Assembly (NCBI GenBank): GCA_965208105.1
Contig: OZ242318.1
Span: 4,416,001 to 4,480,000 of the forward strand
DNA: 64,000 nucleotides
Source: Candidatus Latescibacterota bacterium
GTDB lineage: Bacteria > Latescibacterota > UBA2968 > UBA8231
Direction of reading: 5' to 3'
The notes under the pieces were generated by a model that saw nothing but the letters and a program-made list of their open reading frames with translations, ran no database searches and was not told the DNA's origin. The position numbers and the translations under genes were made by a program. Below, in pieces: positions 20,860 through 29,590 of the stretch. Each line of letters starts with the position of its first letter. Position 1 is the first letter of the stretch.

Positions 20860-21758
20860 TGTGATTCTCCTCCGATTTTTCCGATATGGTCCCTCAGTAT
20901 GTCCAGAAATGCCTGCGCCGCCGGCGACCTCCGCCGCCCACGGTGCTCGATCAGACCGATGACCCGGGGTTCCAGGCCGCGCACCCGGACGGACCGCAGA
21001 AGACCTGACTCGGCCTCCTTCTCAACCGCCATCCGGGGCACCAGGGCGATCCCCATGCCAACTTCCACGAAGCGCTTGATGACCTCGATGCTGGCCAGGT
21101 TCATCGCCGGCTGAAGCTCAAGATTCGCCCTGATGAACGCCTCCTCCAGGAGCCGGCGGCTGGTGCTGCCGCGCTCCAGGGCAAGAAGCGGGAATTCGAC
21201 GATATCCTGCAGGCGCACCTGGTTCCTTCGCGCCAGCGGGTGGTCCGGCCGGCAGATCAGCACGTCGCTGCGCTCGAAAAGCTCCTCGCTGACCAGGTCG
21301 CGGTGCTTTGCCGGCAGCGTCGCCAGGCCGAAGTCCACCGCGTGGTCGAGCACCATTTGTCCTATTTCCGACGACATGCGGTTGCGGATATCCAGCTCTA
21401 CGCCGGCATACTGCTCCCTGAACTGCTGCAAAGGGCCGGGGAGTAGGTAGGTGCAGTTGGTGTCGCTGGTGCCGATCACCAGGCGCCCACGCAAGACCTG
21501 CTGCAGGGTGGCGATTTCCTCCCTGGCCACTTCGAGCCGATCGAACACTTCCTGGACGCGGCGGTAGAGGATCTCTCCAGCCGGGGTCAGGCGGATGTTC
21601 TTGCGCAGGCGCTCGAAGAGGATTTCTCCAAGCTCTTCCTCCAGGGCCTTGATCTGCAGGCTGATGGCCGGCTGGGTGAGGAAGAGCTTGTCCGCCGCGC
21701 GGGTGAAACTCCTCTCCCGGGCGATCTCGAAGAAGCCGCGGAGTTGATACAGGTCCAT
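20826..21758 (-). CDS. LysR family transcriptional regulator
   Basis: SFTRAADKLFLTQPAISLQIKALEEELG HTH; substrate-binding domain. Confidence 0.95.
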   Translation of the reverse strand: MDLYQLRGFFEIARERSFTRAADKLFLTQPAISLQIKALEEELGEILFERLRKNIRLTPAGEILYRRVQEVFDRLEVAREEIATLQQVLRGRLVIGTSDTNCTYLLPGPLQQFREQYAGVELDIRNRMSSEIGQMVLDHAVDFGLATLPAKHRDLVSEELFERSDVLICRPDHPLARRNQVRLQDIVEFPLLALERGSTSRRLLEEAFIRANLELQPAMNLASIEVIKRFVEVGMGIALVPRMAVEKEAESGLLRSVRVRGLEPRVIGLIEHRGRRRSPAAQAFLDILRDHIGKIGGESHWKRQETEKLR

Positions 21759-21784
21759 AGAGGCGTTCGGTAGCATTTCGAGAA

Positions 21785-21801
21785 ATTATGGAAAGCATAA
21801 T
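21785..21801. promoter_or_regulatory. LysR-type binding palindrome in the divergent lysR/purA promoter
   Basis: ATTATG-N5-CATAAT containing T-N11-A in an AT-rich intergenic region. Confidence 0.6.
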
Positions 21802-21877
21802 ATAAATAAATTTCACTTATCCGTAAATCTAGTGTATTCTCGTCATCCCACCTATTGCCGGCAAAGGAGGAACCACC

Positions 21878-22900
21878 GTGTCAGCCATCATCGTCGTCGA
21901 CGCCTTCTGGGGTGATTCGGGAAAGGGAAAAATCGCCGCTTACCTGGCCGCGCGCCATTCCGCCGCCTTCTGCGTGCGCGCCGGCACCGGCACCAACGCC
22001 GGGCACAGCGTCTACTTTGAAGATAAACCGGGGATCCGCACCCATCAATTGCCCTGTGGCTTTCTGTGCCCGGAGACCCAGGTCCGGGTGGGCAGCGGCG
22101 TAGCCCTGGACCCGGAGCAGTTCTTCGCCGAACTCGAGCGCCTCGACCCCGAGCACAATCTCAGCGAGCGCACCCTGGTGGATTTCCGCTGCCCGCTCAT
22201 TCTGCCGGAGTACCGCCGCCGCGAAGCCGCCGACGTGCACCTTCGCCATACGGTCGGCTCGGTGGCCAGCGGCACTGGAGTCGCCCGCGCCGAATTCGTC
22301 CTGCGGCGGGCGAGGCAGGCTGGAAAATCCCCCCGGCTCCAAGGTTTTACCACGGACGTGGCCCGGGAACTCAACTCCGCCTGCGGCACCGGCTCCACCG
22401 TGGTCATCGAGGGCAGCCAGGGCACCCATCTCTCCCTGGCTCTGAGCGGCGACTATCCCTATTGCACCTCTGACAACTGCACCACCGCCGCATTTGTCGA
22501 CGACGTGGGCCTGAACTGGCAGCATATTTCCGACGCCGTGCTGGTGGTCAAAGCACTGCCCAGCCGCGTCGGTGCCGGGCCCCTTCCTCACCAGCTCGAC
22601 CAGCGCGAGGAAGAGGAGCGGGGCATCGTCGAGTACGGCGTCACCACCGGCCGCCGCCGCCGCAAGGCAGCCGCAATCTCCTGGCCGCACCTGGAGGAAG
22701 CCGTAATCCTCAATGGGCCGACCCAGATCGCCCTTACCTTCTGCGACCACCTCGACCCGGGGGTCCGGGGCGCCCGTTCCCGCGGCCGACTGACTCGCCC
22801 GGTGCGCCGGCTCATCGAGGAGATCGAGACCCGTTTCCAGGTTCCGGTTACCCTCTGCGACTGCGGCAGATATTTCGAGGATATAGTCGATCTGGCCTGA
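21878..22900 (+). CDS. purA: Adenylosuccinate synthetase (short, archaeal-type length)
   Basis: FWGDSGKGK, GTNAGH, EGSQG, YPYCTS, SRVGAGP, EYGVTTGRRR; 340 aa. Confidence 0.92.
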   Translation: MSAIIVVDAFWGDSGKGKIAAYLAARHSAAFCVRAGTGTNAGHSVYFEDKPGIRTHQLPCGFLCPETQVRVGSGVALDPEQFFAELERLDPEHNLSERTLVDFRCPLILPEYRRREAADVHLRHTVGSVASGTGVARAEFVLRRARQAGKSPRLQGFTTDVARELNSACGTGSTVVIEGSQGTHLSLALSGDYPYCTSDNCTTAAFVDDVGLNWQHISDAVLVVKALPSRVGAGPLPHQLDQREEEERGIVEYGVTTGRRRRKAAAISWPHLEEAVILNGPTQIALTFCDHLDPGVRGARSRGRLTRPVRRLIEEIETRFQVPVTLCDCGRYFEDIVDLA

Positions 22901-22972
22901 GGCCCTTCTTGCGGCCCTCGCGGTGGAGGCATATTATGTTGTAAGCCGTTAACCTGGTTTCATGCCTGCGAT

Positions 22973-23392
22973 ATGACCAAGGAAACCCATCTGGTACCCG
23001 TTCAGATTGTCGGCCTCCAGCCCTATACGGAAGCGGTCACGGTCTTCCTGAAAGGGGAAGGGCCCAAGGTCGTACCCATCGTGATCGGATTGTCCGAGGC
23101 CGAGGCTCTGCTGATGGCCATACAGAAGAACAAGCCTTCCCACCCCATCGCATACGACCTCCTGCAGAACCTCCTGGACCATGTGCAGGGAAGCATGCGT
23201 CACCTGGTGATCCACAGCATCAGGGAAAAGACCTTCTACGCCTACCTGGTCATTGACGGCAGGACCAAGCCCATAATCCTGGATTGCCGCCCCAGCGACG
23301 GGATGGTGCTGGCAAAGCGCCTGGACGCGCCTATCTATTTGACCCCGGAAGTCATCGATCAGACCGGAGTTGAATCCGAGGAGGAAAAGTAG
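22973..23392 (+). CDS. Bifunctional nuclease (DUF151) family protein
   Basis: PIVIGLSEA, FYAYL, DCRPSDGMVLA. Confidence 0.88.
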   Translation: MTKETHLVPVQIVGLQPYTEAVTVFLKGEGPKVVPIVIGLSEAEALLMAIQKNKPSHPIAYDLLQNLLDHVQGSMRHLVIHSIREKTFYAYLVIDGRTKPIILDCRPSDGMVLAKRLDAPIYLTPEVIDQTGVESEEEK

Positions 23393-23444
23393 GAATCCTC
23401 CGTCCCCGTACTTCCCGTCCGGAAGCCGTGAGATCGCGGCTCTC

Positions 23445-24131
23445 TCAACCCCCGTTGACCAGCTCGGCCTTCTTCCAGTAGCGCCCCAGGTGAGACCTCA
23501 TCCACTCCAGTGAGCTGTAGCAGAGCGCGTTGAACCCGCCCCAGGTCCAGCGCAAAGGCCAGGACCGCGAACCGGTCAGGCGCTGAAAGAGACGCCTGCG
23601 GTCTGGCGCCGCCAACTCCACCTCCAGGCTGAGCCGGGTGAGTTCGCGCTCATAGGTGGAGGTGATAAGATTGTAGGCGTGGCGTTCCAGCTTTTCGGGC
23701 TCGGCAACAGTCACCCGCGGACATACCATGTGGCCCTCCCGCAGGACGAATCCGCGGATCCAGTCTTCGGGCAGGGTGCCGCGGCTGCGCCCGGCCGCCT
23801 CGGCGATGGTCTCGTGGTTCATCACGGCGTAGGTGCGGCAGATGAGCGGCCTTGCGGGATAGATGGTGCAGCTGTGGTCCTTGCTCAGAAACGGGCAGCG
23901 CCGTGGGCGTTCCTCGGTGAAGTCGAACAGCTGCCGCCGGCGCTCCTCGGAGAAGTTGGATTCTACGAACTCGACGATATTGCGGTATTCTGCGCTGTAG
24001 AGGGGGAACATGGTGGCGTAGTCGTTGTCGAACTCCTCCCCGGTGAGGACGCAACACTCACCCGAGTTGGCGCAGCGGGTCGACGGCACCTGGTCGTAGA
24101 GGGCCTGGAGCCTGGAGGAGAGATCACTCAT
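23445..24131 (-). CDS. YkgJ/CxxCxxCC cysteine-cluster protein
   Basis: CANSGECC, CPFL....CTIYPARPLICR. Confidence 0.82.
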   Translation of the reverse strand: MSDLSSRLQALYDQVPSTRCANSGECCVLTGEEFDNDYATMFPLYSAEYRNIVEFVESNFSEERRRQLFDFTEERPRRCPFLSKDHSCTIYPARPLICRTYAVMNHETIAEAAGRSRGTLPEDWIRGFVLREGHMVCPRVTVAEPEKLERHAYNLITSTYERELTRLSLEVELAAPDRRRLFQRLTGSRSWPLRWTWGGFNALCYSSLEWMRSHLGRYWKKAELVNGG

Positions 24132-24177
24132 TGTCGGCTTTCCATGAAATCATTCGGTTGTCGGTATCCCGGCCACA

Positions 24178-25503
24178 TCAGTTCCCCACCAGCCTGCCGA
24201 GCAGTTCCGCGGCCCTTTCCCGGATCAGCTCCTCGCTCTCCGGTGCAATCATCTGCACGCTCCCGTAGATCTTGAAGGCTTCCTCGATTTCGTAGCCGCC
24301 GCGCGGGTACTCGTCCGCCGTGGGCACGTAGCCGATGCAGCCATTGGCGTATCCGCAGAGGATGGTGGGCTGCAGCGGCGACCGCGCCTCCAGATCCAGC
24401 TGGTAGCGCGCGAAGATCTCCCCCTCCATGCCCAGGAGGGCCAGGGGCCCCAGGCGGAGTACCTGGATCTCGAAGGGCTGGCGCCGGTCCCCCGCTCCCG
24501 ACCGGGCCAGCTCCAGCATTTCCCGGGCCCATTCGAGGCGCGCCCGGGGGACCATCTGCTCCCAGGGATCCGACCCGCTCTGCCGCTTCAACCATGCCCT
24601 CAACTGCCAGAACAGCTTTTCCCCCTCGACGCGCATCCGGGGGGGAGGATTCACGAGGGGCAGTTGAATCTTCTCCAGGGCCCAGTCGATTTCGGCCGCC
24701 TTCAGCTCCTCCGCGGTCTCCAGTCCGGCCACCACGGCCTTTCCCAGCTCCTGCCCCGCTGCCGCGACATCGTCATAGTTCCCATGTCCCCGTTTCCTGA
24801 CTTTGGGGTTTATATCGCCGCAGGCGCCGTTGACAAAAAGGGCCGGCCGCCGGGTCCTGGCCTCGATCCAGCCCAGGGCCGCGCCGACGAAATCCGCACT
24901 GATGCGGTGATTGGCTCTGCCCAGGACGGTCGGGTGGCAGGCGTGGCTGCAGAGGGTCAGTGCCAGCCCGTCTTCTGCGTCGATGCGGACCAGGTGGGCA
25001 TAGTCCGCTACGGGTCCAGGCCCCGAGTCCCCGCGCGATGACATCCTCCGCCGATTGCAGCCCACCTGCACCGGAACCTTGCAGTGCGCCATCAGCACGG
25101 GCTTCAGATCCGAGCTGGCGAGTTCCACGATAGAGGCGACCTCCTCCTCGATCCTGCCCAGATATCCCGCATCCACCGCACCCATGCCGCGCAAGGGGAG
25201 GGTCAAGGGGCCGGAATGGGTATGGGAACAGCAGATCATCAGGGCCTGTGCTGGAATGCCGCTCCTTTCCTCGACCCGGGTCCGGATCCTTGCCACGGTC
25301 GAGGCATCGAGACCGATCAGATCGAGCGCAACCAGCGCGGCCCGGCGCTTTCCTTGAGACCAGACCACGGTTTTCGCCGCCAGTCTGTCGTGCACCCCCC
25401 GGGCTCCGGACCTCCTTCCCCAGTATCCCCCCATGCATATTCCGCGGCCGGGAGTGATGTCGCCAGCGGCGCAGCCTGCCAGCAACTCAGGGACCGGCAT
25501 CAC
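24178..25503 (-). CDS. Neutral/alkaline ceramidase N-terminal domain family hydrolase
   Basis: DITP, GVHDRL, CSHTHSGP, HACHPT, NGACGDINP, GYVPT....GGYE. Confidence 0.8.
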   Translation of the reverse strand: MMPVPELLAGCAAGDITPGRGICMGGYWGRRSGARGVHDRLAAKTVVWSQGKRRAALVALDLIGLDASTVARIRTRVEERSGIPAQALMICCSHTHSGPLTLPLRGMGAVDAGYLGRIEEEVASIVELASSDLKPVLMAHCKVPVQVGCNRRRMSSRGDSGPGPVADYAHLVRIDAEDGLALTLCSHACHPTVLGRANHRISADFVGAALGWIEARTRRPALFVNGACGDINPKVRKRGHGNYDDVAAAGQELGKAVVAGLETAEELKAAEIDWALEKIQLPLVNPPPRMRVEGEKLFWQLRAWLKRQSGSDPWEQMVPRARLEWAREMLELARSGAGDRRQPFEIQVLRLGPLALLGMEGEIFARYQLDLEARSPLQPTILCGYANGCIGYVPTADEYPRGGYEIEEAFKIYGSVQMIAPESEELIRERAAELLGRLVGN

Positions 25504-26056
25504 CGGAATCCTCGTCCCAGCCCCGCGGAAGAACCACCAGGGGCATGCCGGTTTCCGCCGTATTGTAAAATGCCATCAGGTCGCCCGCATCAATCTTGAG
25601 GGAAGGGGACCGGGGGGTGCGCCAGGCGGCTGCCGCGTATATCAGCAGCCCGCTGTCGAAGTAGAGGGCGCATTTCTCCGTTGCCTGCGTGGCCAGATTG
25701 CTTTCCCAGTCGAAGGGCCCGTGCTGCGGTCGAGACCAGGATGTGGCGGGCCGGTAGCGGCGAAGGTGGCGATGCAGAGCGGCATGCGTGGCCGGCCGCG
25801 GTCCGAGGGAGTCCACCAGCACAGGGGCGATGCGCAGAACCGCCTGGCCGTGCTGCAGGCGCACCTCGCCTGCGCTGCGATTCACCAGCAGATAGGGACG
25901 GTCGGCCTCGATGAGCCGCAGCCACTGCTGCAGGGCAAGGTTGATGCGGGCGATTTTCCCGGTGTCGGTATTCTCTCCTGCAGCTGCCGGAGCCGGGGGA
26001 AGCATGCACGCCGCGAGAATCACCGCCTTGCCCAGGTGCCGCATGGCGCTATCCAT
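25487..26056 (-). CDS. Secreted L,D-transpeptidase-like protein lacking catalytic His/Cys
   Basis: Signal peptide; aligns by eye with 27032-27637 but IHG...HGC is replaced by IYA...PS. Confidence 0.6.
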   Translation of the reverse strand: MDSAMRHLGKAVILAACMLPPAPAAAGENTDTGKIARINLALQQWLRLIEADRPYLLVNRSAGEVRLQHGQAVLRIAPVLVDSLGPRPATHAALHRHLRRYRPATSWSRPQHGPFDWESNLATQATEKCALYFDSGLLIYAAAAWRTPRSPSLKIDAGDLMAFYNTAETGMPLVVLPRGWDEDSGDAGP

Positions 26057-26061
26057 GGAAT

Positions 26062-27024
26062 CTACTCCGAATCGGCAATGTCCAGGACAACCTTCAATTC
26101 TCCCGGTTCCCGAGCCCTGGCAAAGGCCTCCGGGCCTTCCCGCAGGGGGAAGCGCGACTGAATCAACCCTTCGATCTCCACCTGCCCTTCGGCCAGGAGG
26201 CGCAGGGCCGGAGGAAACGGGCCGCAGCGGGAACCGATCAGGCTAATCTCGTCCACTACCAGGTCAGAGGCATCGAGCGTAAGAACTCCGGCGTAGGTGC
26301 TCTTCAGCACCAGGGTTCCGCGCGGACGCAACCCCTTGCGGGCAAGTGCGAATCCCGCTGCATTGCCGGTGCACTCGACGGCGAGGTCAAAGCTGCCCTG
26401 GCGCACGGAATCGGCTCGGCCGGCGGCGATGCCCCGCGCGCGGAGGAGGTCGAGCTTGTTCTCGTGGCGTCCGACCACCAGCAGGTCACAGCCGGTCAGC
26501 CTCAGGGTCTGCCCGATCAGTTGCCCCAGCTTGCCGTCTCCTACGACCAGCACCCGATCGTCGGGCCTCACCTTCACCTGGCGCTGAATCTCGAGGGCTG
26601 CCGCGAGCGGCTCGACAAAGGTCGCCGCATCGGTGGAGACCTGAGGTGGAACCAGGTGCAGGTTATCCGCCGGCAGACTCAGGTATTGCGCGAAAGCTCC
26701 ATCCCGCCCGGCGATTCCCAGCACGGTCCTCCGGCTGCAATGCGATCTCCGCTCGCTCGTGCAATCCGTGCAGCGGCCGCAGACCGCGTTGATCTCGCCC
26801 ACCACCCGCTTTCCCTCAAGCTCCTTCGGACCTCGGTCCACAACTCCTGCGAATTCGTGGCCCGGCACGCCCGTGTACGGATAGTAGCCCCGAACCAGTT
26901 CAAGGTCGGTATTGCATATGCCCGCCCGCAGGACCCGCACCAGGGCCTCGCCCGGCGGCGTCGGGGGAAAGGGCATATCCTCGCGCACCCGCAGCTGCTG
27001 CTCCTCCAGCCAGAGGGCGATCAA
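26062..27024 (-). CDS. Zinc-dependent alcohol dehydrogenase (MDR)
   Basis: GICNTD, GHEFAG, CGRCTDC......HC, VEPLAAA, GDGKLG; probable TTG start after GAGG. Confidence 0.9.
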   Translation of the reverse strand: MIALWLEEQQLRVREDMPFPPTPPGEALVRVLRAGICNTDLELVRGYYPYTGVPGHEFAGVVDRGPKELEGKRVVGEINAVCGRCTDCTSERRSHCSRRTVLGIAGRDGAFAQYLSLPADNLHLVPPQVSTDAATFVEPLAAALEIQRQVKVRPDDRVLVVGDGKLGQLIGQTLRLTGCDLLVVGRHENKLDLLRARGIAAGRADSVRQGSFDLAVECTGNAAGFALARKGLRPRGTLVLKSTYAGVLTLDASDLVVDEISLIGSRCGPFPPALRLLAEGQVEIEGLIQSRFPLREGPEAFARAREPGELKVVLDIADSE

Positions 27025-27031
27025 GACCACC

Positions 27032-27637
27032 TCAATAGATGTAGACCGGCCAACCTTTCTCCACCGTGTCGTAAAGGTAGCGCAGGTCATCTTCTCCCAC
27101 GCGCACGCATCCGTGGGTGATGCTCTTGCCCAGATTCACCTCGTAAAGAGCCCCGTGAATCATGTAGTCCCTGGCGAAATAGAGTGCAAAGCGTCCCAGC
27201 ACTCCGCGCTGGAAGCGGCGGCGGTCTTCGGCAAAAATGGGGATCTCTTCCCCGGCCTCGACGAACACCCACTCGGGCTTGATCCACAGGGGGTCCTGGA
27301 CCTTGCGCAGAACGTCAAAGCGTCCTTTGGGAGTGTTGAACACCCAGTTGTGCTTCCAGCGCTTCGGACCCTCCAGCCTGCGGCCGCTCCCGCTGGAGCA
27401 TACGGCCGAGCGCAAAACCCGGTCACCGTCCTTGAGGAGGAGCAGGTTTTCCTGGGTGTTGATGACAATGTAGGGAGTCGTCGGGCTGTGCTCTCGAATA
27501 CTTCGCAGCAACCGCTTGCGCTCGAGGAGAATTCCTGCTTCCTCCTCCCGCTCCATCTCCTTTGCCGCTGCACCACATATCCACAGCGCCCATCCGGAGA
27601 GGAGAAGGACACAAAATATCCTGTTCAGGTTCCTCAT
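27032..27637 (-). CDS. L,D-transpeptidase (YkuD domain)
   Basis: TPKGRF, P.WIKPEW, IHG..........THGCVR catalytic motif; N-terminal hydrophobic signal. Confidence 0.9.
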   Translation of the reverse strand: MRNLNRIFCVLLLSGWALWICGAAAKEMEREEEAGILLERKRLLRSIREHSPTTPYIVINTQENLLLLKDGDRVLRSAVCSSGSGRRLEGPKRWKHNWVFNTPKGRFDVLRKVQDPLWIKPEWVFVEAGEEIPIFAEDRRRFQRGVLGRFALYFARDYMIHGALYEVNLGKSITHGCVRVGEDDLRYLYDTVEKGWPVYIY

Positions 27638-27710
27638 GATAAAAAACGGCCGGAGAGAATCTTCATTCATCTCCGGCCGTACGGTAACTCCCTGTATTCT
27701 CGCCCCAACC

Positions 27711-28340
27711 CTAGAACTTCTCGTACCAGGGCCGCATCTTCTCAACCAGCTCGTGGTAGCGCTCCACAGCCGCCTGTACTCCTGCCTCCACGGTTGCGGC
27801 CGTCTCCTCGGCGCTTTGTGCATTTGAGTTGGCCATCTCGAAATTTTCCTCGGAAACGGCTGCACTGGCCGCATTGAGATCGGCGTCGGCAGCGCCGAGG
27901 TCCGCGCGCAACTGCTCGATGTCCCCCTCGGTTCCTTTTCCGGCCGGCGCCGCCTCGAGACTGTCCCAGGCCCTCTGAAGCGCTGCCTTGGCCGCGTCAA
28001 TGGCCGCTTCTGCCTCCTGCCTGGCCGCCTCCTTGGCTGCCGTTGCCGCAGACTGGGCCTCCTGGGCTTTGGCCGAGGCATCGCTGATCATGATCTTGAC
28101 CTCGTCAAAGTTCTTGAAAAGTTTCTGATCTTCGGCCTCCATTGCCGTTTTGGCCTCGTCGTAGGCACTCTGGGCAGCCCCCAACTGGTTGGAGGCGAAT
28201 TTCTCGGCGCCGGCATTTCGCGCACCGTCCAGGGCCTGCATGGCCGCGTCCAACTCTTCGATGGGAGGGAGGCCGCCACAGCTCAGGATCAGGGAAGTGC
28301 TGGCAATCGCGAGAAGTAGGGGAAGGATCGAGATTTTCAT
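27711..28340 (-). CDS. Alanine-rich helical lipoprotein (DUF4398-like)
   Basis: Lipobox LILSC; PP.EEL.AA..AL..AR.AGAEKFA. Confidence 0.75.
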   Translation of the reverse strand: MKISILPLLLAIASTSLILSCGGLPPIEELDAAMQALDGARNAGAEKFASNQLGAAQSAYDEAKTAMEAEDQKLFKNFDEVKIMISDASAKAQEAQSAATAAKEAARQEAEAAIDAAKAALQRAWDSLEAAPAGKGTEGDIEQLRADLGAADADLNAASAAVSEENFEMANSNAQSAEETAATVEAGVQAAVERYHELVEKMRPWYEKF

Positions 28341-28524
28341 TCTTAGCCTCCGCGCTGGTAAAGGGCTTTGCAAACAACAGCCTGATTCTATTGGTTCGAC
28401 ACTGGAATCGGGTCGTGATTTCGAGTTATATTCGAGTTATAAGTTAAGTTAAAACAATCTAAAATACGAAAATAGACTTGTCAAGCGAAAACTCGATGAG
28501 CGGAGGACGAGGGCACGCCCGCGA

Positions 28525-28719
28525 TCAGTATTCCTCGGGGTCGCCGTAGTCGCTGTCTTCCTCGCCGGGATCTTCGTAGATCCAGCCGCATTCCCGGCAG
28601 AGAGGAGACTCGGGATCTCTGGCCGCGCTGCATTCTGGACACCGCTCTCCGCCCCGGCGCAGAAACCTCAGGATGACCACCACAATAATAAGGGCTGCAA
28701 AAATCAGCGACCAGACCAT
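28525..28719 (-). CDS. Small membrane-anchored zinc-ribbon protein
   Basis: N-terminal TM helix, CPEC...CREC, acidic tail. Confidence 0.7.
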   Translation of the reverse strand: MVWSLIFAALIIVVVILRFLRRGGERCPECSAARDPESPLCRECGWIYEDPGEEDSDYGDPEEY

Positions 28720-28730
28720 TTAGCGATACT

Positions 28731-29567
28731 TCAGCCTTGCAGTTTGCGCAGTTGCCGGCGCCGACCCCAGCGGCTGCGGCTGCTGCGCCTCCGCCCAAGG
28801 GCGGGACGAATCTGCCCTTCCCGCTCGAGATCGCCGATAACCTGGTTAAGGAGGTCGGGATAGTTGGTTATGATTCCCTGAATGCCCATGAGCGCCAGAT
28901 CCCGCATGATGATCTCCTGGTCCACGGTCCATGCCCACACCGCGATGCCGCGCTTGCGCATCTCTTCGAGGAGAGGGGGAGTCAGGGTCGCGTGCCAGAT
29001 GGACAGGGCGTTGGCTCCCGCCAGGAGAACCTGTTTCACCAGTCTGCGGGCTCGTACCCGAGATGGGGTTGTGGGCAGCTTGCCGACCAGCAAGGCGGTG
29101 GGTATGCCCGGATCGAGCAGCCTGGTTCGCTGTACGTTCTGGGGGTTGAAGGACTGGATGATCACCTGGCTCGTCGCGCCCATGCTGTCGACGATGTGGA
29201 GAATGCGCTCGGCGATGAAATCCGCCTTGACCTCGATGAGCACCAGGGCCCGATGTCGCGCCAGTTCGAGCACCTCCTGCAAGGTGGGCACGCGCTCGCC
29301 TCTGAAATCATCGGCGAACCACGAACCTGCATCGACCCGGCGAATCTGGTCGAGCGACTGATCCCGCACCGACCCCCGGCCGTCGGTGGTGCGGTCCAGG
29401 GTCGAATCGTGCACCGCCACGATCTGCCCGTCCACGGTGGCGTGGACGTCGACCTCCAGGATGTCCACCCCGATCTCGATGGCCCGTTCGAAAGCGGCCA
29501 GGGTATTCTCGGGTGCCAGCCCAGCTCCGGATGCTCCGCGGTGTGCAATGCGTAGGGGAGGGATCAT
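28731..29567 (-). CDS. Glycerophosphodiester phosphodiesterase family
   Basis: IAHRGAS, PENTLAAF, EVDVH, HDSTLDRTT, IEVK, ITNYP. Confidence 0.92.
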   Translation of the reverse strand: MIPPLRIAHRGASGAGLAPENTLAAFERAIEIGVDILEVDVHATVDGQIVAVHDSTLDRTTDGRGSVRDQSLDQIRRVDAGSWFADDFRGERVPTLQEVLELARHRALVLIEVKADFIAERILHIVDSMGATSQVIIQSFNPQNVQRTRLLDPGIPTALLVGKLPTTPSRVRARRLVKQVLLAGANALSIWHATLTPPLLEEMRKRGIAVWAWTVDQEIIMRDLALMGIQGIITNYPDLLNQVIGDLEREGQIRPALGRRRSSRSRWGRRRQLRKLQG

Positions 29568-29590
29568 ATGCTCGCTCCACGGTGTAGCTG

